Source: Malacoraja senta (taxonomy: Eukaryota). Taken from it: 43,779 bases of DNA. The notes beneath the pieces are model-generated. The model was not told where the DNA came from and made no database searches. It saw only the letters and a program-made list of their open reading frames with translations. Shown here one piece after another: positions 38,101-43,779 of the stretch; the first letter of the stretch is position 1; the number at the start of each line of letters is the position of its first letter. The translations under genes and the position numbers were made by a program. The stretch is from contig JAXLNO010000108.1 in the NCBI GenBank assembly GCA_038087875.1, positions 62,001-105,779 of the forward strand, in the 5' to 3' direction.

Positions 38101-39368
38101 ACCATTTTTACCCCTAGTGCTTTGAATATTGGCCGTATTCCGTCAATGGCCTCTTTTCTCAGGGGGTATTGTCTTTGGTATGGTCGGTGGGACGTTCGTG
38201 GGGTCACTCGTATGGAGCTGACTCCTTTCATTAGTCCTACATCAGATGGTCCTGTCGACCATAGTTCCGTTGGAAGGGGTGCTATCAGTCCCACCTCCTG
38301 TTCCGTGAGGATCAGAACCCATTGCCCCCCTTCCCCATCCAATCATCCCCTTCCTTCAGCTAGGTGGACCCATTTCATTCCCCTCGTTGTCCAATTCAAC
38401 GTGCGGGTGAATATTGTTGTATCGTCCCCTCGGAACACCTGTCTTTCTTAATTCACAGCTTTCCACTTCTGTTCTGCTTCCCCTTTGGCTACCAGCTCCC
38501 CCAAGTATCTCCATCTCCCCCCCTTGTTTCTTGGATACTGACACATGTGGCCGGGAAGGATATCCCCTGAATAACTCATAGTCCTGTTTTCTCAATTTGA
38601 CACCGGCGGCCGCGTTCCCTTGTTCGTCCCTGTACAGGTAGGTCAGTGTCACAGTGGAACATGGTTCTTTCATGAACTTTTGCTCATAATTTTTATCCGG
38701 CCCCGTGGTATATTTAAACCACATGGTACAATGCAATTCTCCAGGTCTATGTAAGATCGCCTCTGGAGAAATGTTTCCCTTTACTTCTCTAACAAATTCG
38801 TCCACTATTGCCACCGGTCCGTTTTTAGCCAGGTCGATGGTAATGAGATTCGCCTGCCCCTTCCTGAACCATTATGTCTGCATTGCCTGGCGCTAGACGT
38901 ACCGCCCTCATTCCTTGTGCCATGGTATTGACACCTATTTTCAGTCCCATCATAACATCTCTTCCCAAGAGGTTTACTGGACATGTGGCGGACACTAGTA
39001 CCTGCTCTTCCCATTTGTCGTGGGACAGGGGTTCTTCGAACTGTAAATGGTTCGGTCAGGTATTCTACATTGGTGTGTCCGGTGGCGGACTTTACTGTTA
39101 TTGAATCTTTTGAATAGACCGCTCCAGTTGGCTCGTCGTCTTTTGTGATAACTGTCTTGCATGCTCCACTATCACACAGGAAGGTCAATTTCTGTCCACT
39201 AACAATTAAACTTATTGTTGGTTTCACAAAGTCTTGTAAGACGTGCAATATACATTCCAGATCCAATACATGGTGGGTGCCTGAGTCGGAGGGTGCGTCT
39301 CGATTAATTTCAGAATTTGTATCGGTGTCCTCTATTTCTATCCACCCCCCTCCGCTGACTTCCGTCGG
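35190..39368 (-). pseudogene. pol: pro-pol, copy 2, multiple frameshifts and stops
   Basis: DSG protease, HCT/HVS domain, LPQG/YVDD RT, RNase H and IN motifs spread over several ORFs. Confidence 0.95.
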
Positions 39369-40879
39369 TCATGCTCGTTCCTGGGCACGGGGATTTGGGT
39401 CTCCCTCCTCGTCCCCTTCTGCGGGACCCCTTTTCGCCTGTGCGCAGTCTCGAGCCCAATTGTCAAGTTTCCCACAGACGAAACATCAATTTCCTTTAGG
39501 AGTCCCCCCCCCTGCACTTTCCACGCCTCTACCTCGCCCCCTTGGGTTTCCCATTTGTTGGTAGTATACTGAGACCATATTATCATCCATCCCCTCCACG
39601 TCTGTCAGATAGACATTTTTTGTTGTTTTCTTAGTTTTTATGTTTTTCTCCGCATGGACTGCCCAATATTTTACGTCATTTATTGCCTTTTTTCCATTCC
39701 ACCATATGTTTCTTGATATACGAACTAATTTCTGGTTTTAACCCGTTTAACAGTTCTATTTTTAATTGTTGGGCATACGGTCCCGCGTCATCGTATGCCC
39801 CGTCGGAGGTATCTGTCCACTATGGGCTTCATTAATCACCTTAAGCCGGGCGAAGTAGTGGAGAACCTCCTCATTCTTACCCTGGGTACATTCTCGAAAC
39901 TTTTTATAATCTACTCGCCTCCTGAAGTGATCTAGTATTCGTGCCTGTATAGCCTCTCTTCTAGTGGTATATACTCCTACTCCTGCTGCCCATTGCATTG
40001 GTTCTCCGTTGTGGAGAGCATTCCAGTCTCCCTCAATGAGACACCAATCGCACCCGAGTGCACTTCGCAAAGCTTCTTCATCACTATTTAAACGATAACT
40101 GACAACCAGGTTTCCAAAATCACGCTGCCACCTTGCAAAATTGTCTCGTGGATGGGGAATGCCCTCTACAGCCCTGTTTACGTCTTTATTGTTCCATGGA
40201 CGGTCCGCCCACATTGGCGTCCGGATTTGGCATTGCAATCATAGGGTAAATCCCTCCCCCATTAAGACCATTTAAATTTGGCGCTACAGAACTAAGGGAA
40301 CGGCTTACTTCACCGGCTAGATTTATCACATTACCTATAAAGGGGCTGTAAGGCCTACCTGTTTGGGTGACACTACGATTTTGCAAACCTGGCTGTTGTG
40401 GAACATCCTGCGCCCCATGGACTTCGACCATCGTTGTCGGTAGTCCTGAGGCTTCACTCTCTCCCACTGGTGGCGAGGCCACGCCTCCTGCTGTATATGG
40501 AGGGGGGGGACTTGCCAACCCAAGTGGTGGTGCTGGCGCATTCGCCGGCGACCGGTAGAATACTTCATTGTCTCCTTTTCGTAGATACGCTGTGGTGGGT
40601 GCCTCTCTCTTTTTCTCTTTATCGTCCTGGCCTTCCTTCCTCGCCCTCGCCACGCCATGCCAGATTCTTGCCTCTTGGTACCCCAACTTCTCCTTGTCTG
40701 TCCGCTGTTTCGTGGCATCTCTCGCAATGGCAGACATTAGTTTACAACAATCTTCAACCAGTAGCTTCCAATAAACCCGTATCTCTGTTTCCACATCTTT
40801 AATTATTTACAATGTGTTTACTTTGTAAAAACACACACTTTTCATCTCCGTCATAATCCTTTGAGTTTGCCGAAAGCAT
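39369..40879 (-). pseudogene. gag: gag, copy 2, degraded
   Basis: ATG at 40879, a PPPY late-domain-like motif, a capsid-like segment, and knuckle CFVCGKLDNWARDC (His replaced by Asn). TGA at 39369-39371. Confidence 0.85.
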
Positions 40880-41229
40880 ACTCCCCACCTTCTGTTAGTA
40901 CTTACGGCTTCTGTGGTCAAGTCGCACTTGACTCACTATAATCTTGAAGTCCCAGACTTCTGTCCTACGGCCGCGCCGTATGGAGAAGTAGTCGCATTAT
41001 TCTCTGAATTTGTCCCAGACAATTCTTTCCCTGCCGGGTCCTACACAGGTCAGTGGGAAATTAAATGGTTCGACAAAGTCAAATTACTTAACCCGGGGGG
41101 CCCTTACTATGGAACATTCAGTTATATCCCGGTCGTGTCGATTGGACGCCGTCACTCTGCTTCCACCTTCCGTAAATCCTTAAAGTGTGCGCTCTTGATT
41201 TTTTGGAAAAAGGCAGCAGAGGTATTGGG

Positions 41230-41247
41230 GCCCCACGTTGGGCGCCA
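41230..41247 (-). promoter_or_regulatory. Primer-binding site, tRNA-Lys1,2
   Basis: TGGCGCCCAACGTGGGGC, the canonical 18-nt Lys1,2 PBS. Confidence 0.95.
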
Positions 41248-41251
41248 ATTA

Positions 41252-41703
41252 TGTTAGAAATATTTTCCCCAACAAACGACAGCCCCAGCAATTAGGATGC
41301 AACTGAATGTTTTATTGAGAGTAAGGTCTCACAGAATACAGAGGTCTGCGGGCGTTTCTCTGCTCAAGCAATTCCCCAAGCCTTCCTTTATACAGTGGAG
41401 TAAACAAGGAGGTCTTGACTACAATCCTATCTTATCACGAGGTCAAGCAAAGTAAAATCCACAGTCAGCATATAATATCGGACAAGGTCGTACAAAGTGC
41501 AAACCACAATCAACACGTTATATCGGACTTCTGTAATTTGAGCAAAAGCAGTAAGCTCTGTCTAACTAAATAGCTATTTCTCGCAAGACCAGGGGTCTGC
41601 GGTTAATAGCGATGAGCAATGTCTACAACTAAGCATTCTGCTTGCATAAGCATTTTCTTAAGGTTACAGTCCTTGATAGCTAGAGGAATGAATTTTTCTA
41701 TCA
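41252..41703 (-). repeat. 5' LTR of ERV copy 2 (452 bp)
   Basis: Direct repeat of the other three LTRs, adjacent to the PBS. Confidence 0.95.
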
Positions 41704-42489
41704 AGAAACAAATTTGCAAATACTTTACAGCCAATACGTTTCCTGTAAACATTTTTTTAACAGCCAAGAGAAACAAATTTCCAAATACTTTACAACCAAA
41801 ACATTTGCTGAAAAAACACACAGACAGACACACTCACAACCAATACGAAAAATGCCAAGTAACTTCAGAACGTGGTAAACATACAGTGTGTAAACCGAAC
41901 GATTCAAACGTTTAAAGCCTCCTGCAGAGACGGCTTCTGAAACAAAAACATGCTTTAAATAACATCCAACAAACACACTTACCATAGACAGAGCAGTAAA
42001 GCTCTCGTGTATTATTCAGCAGCGCCTGCACTCTGTGTCTTCTGCAGTCAGCGCCATCTTGCCACGAAACAGAAATTACGCACACGGCGCCATCTTGCCG
42101 CTAACCGGAAAATACGTCATCGACGCCATCTTGCAACTAAGCGAAAATCACAGAATGAGCGCCAATTTAAAAATTAAACACAGTGCTGATCTAATAAAAT
42201 GTTTATTCATGCTTTATCCATCTGAAAACTGTTGCAAACATTTTAACAGCCAACAGAAACAAATTTGCAAACTCTTTACAACCAAAATGAATGGGGAATT
42301 GTTTAAAAACATTCATATCTCTCTCATTTTTCATCGACGGGAAAAATGCTCTGGTCCAGGAAGGCGGAGGGCGTCTCTGAGCGAGGTGGCCAAAAATGAC
42401 GGCGGTAGGTGGCGGCATTTTCTCGGAAATCGCACCACAGTGGGCCGAAAGCGGTCATGATCAGACTTTTATTAATATAGATATACAGC

Positions 42490-42750
42490 TCAGACACACC
42501 CATTTTCCGACCGAGTGGCGTCACAATGCACTCTCCAGCGCTCCAACGGCACCTCGCATAGCAGGACGGGCCACTCCGGCCGGGAGGGGGCACTCCAGCG
42601 CTCCAACGCCACTTCCCACATTTTCAAACACTTGCATTGGTCACTCTTCCACGCTGCAACCTTCGGCATAGGTGATTCTTCCAATCGCACTTCCACAACG
42701 TTCTACAAGCCCTCACCCAAAACACTCAGGCGAAGAGCTGGCTGCTTCAT
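42490..42750 (-). pseudogene. Small intronless ORF of unknown function, copy 2
   Basis: Paralog of 18197-18457 with the same TATA box, internal TAG and downstream AATAAA. Confidence 0.4.
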
Positions 42751-43779
42751 TCTGACTTCGCTGACATCGCTGTCTTTAACGATAAGCTTTTATATATTTT
42801 TACGACATTAACCGGATCGCGGTTGCTTTTTCAGTTTTACACTTGTTTATATTTAATGAAAAAATATATTTTAACGTCGGTTTAAACGGTTTGCGGGTTG
42901 CTTTTTCATTTTTGCACTTTTATATATTTATTTTAAAAAGACTTGCCTAATGCATGTATAGACATTTGTTAAATCGGAATTTCACGCTTTAATTAAGCTG
43001 CTGCTTGCAAAAAAAATCTCCATTTCAATCAATAGCTTTGATTTTACAAGTTGCCTTAATTTAAAAAATACTTGCCGATTGCATTTATTGTCATTTTTTT
43101 TTAAATCGCCGCTTTTACATTTATTGAAATTGCCGATTTTATTGATTAATTGGGATTTCACACTTTAGTTGGACTGCTGCTTGCAAAAAAATCGCCATTT
43201 CATTCATTTCCTTTTATTTCACACTGGTTGCCTTTTAAATTTAAAAAAAAAACGATTACTTGTCCGGCTCCCACGTAAACGGAGTACAACTGTACAACCG
43301 CTCTTCCAGAACATTCTGACTTCGCTGACTTCGCTCTCTTTCACGATAACCTTTTATATATTTTATATTAGTTGCATTAAAAAAAATTCGATATTGCATT
43401 GATTTACCTTTTAAATTGAAAAAAGACGGATATTTTGCATTTTCATTATTACTTCACGATATTACCCATTATTTAGACTGCTGCTTGAAAAACGACAACG
43501 ATTTCATTGATTAACATTTATTGAATAAAAGCGTGGCAATTGAATTCATTAACAATTATTTTGCAAGAGTTCCATGCATTGAATCACATTTATTTAAAAA
43601 GAGTTGGATTTTTTAAAAATACATTGATTCAGATGCAATACTTCGCTATTGCATTCATTTACAGTCGCAATTAAAGGCCCTTTTACTATGCTCCTTTATT
43701 AAAAAGTTGTATTTTTAAAAATACTTTGCGATTACATTCATTAAGATTTATTTTATGAGTTGCATTATTTTTTAACATA

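Larger units (their letters stand above)
32641..41703 (-). mobile_element. Endogenous retrovirus copy 2 (9063 bp, no LINE insertion, defective)
   Basis: LTRs at 32641-33080 and 41252-41703, TSD AGAAA at 32636-32640 and 41704-41708, full gene order. Confidence 0.97.
29841..43779 (+). repeat. Segmental duplication copy 2 (runs off the window)
   Basis: Colinear with 3247-22801 and has an identical ERV integration site. Confidence 0.95.

Overview
Vertebrate genomic DNA, most likely from a cartilaginous fish (inferred from the CR1-type LINE families and the GPR139-like GPCR family). Most of the window is two copies of one segmental duplication (3247-22801 and 29841 to the window end). Each copy carries the same minus-strand, LTR-flanked class I (gamma/epsilon-like) endogenous retrovirus at the same integration site (5-bp TSD AGAAA, tRNA-Lys1,2 primer-binding site). 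Both proviruses are decayed by stops and frameshifts, but gag, pro, RT, RNase H, IN and env are all readable. The most notable element is an extra domain between protease and RT with two HxT/S motifs (2H phosphodiesterase-like). The gag/pol junction is an in-frame UGA. Copy 1 later gained two CR1 LINE insertions, one with an internal template-jump duplication. Copy 2 gained a perfect 52-bp inverted duplication in env. Between the copies lies an intact two-exon class A orphan GPCR gene whose first exon is missing from the ORF track. The rest is LINE fragments, mini- and microsatellites, and an AT-rich block with compact TATA-ORF-polyA cassettes of unknown origin.
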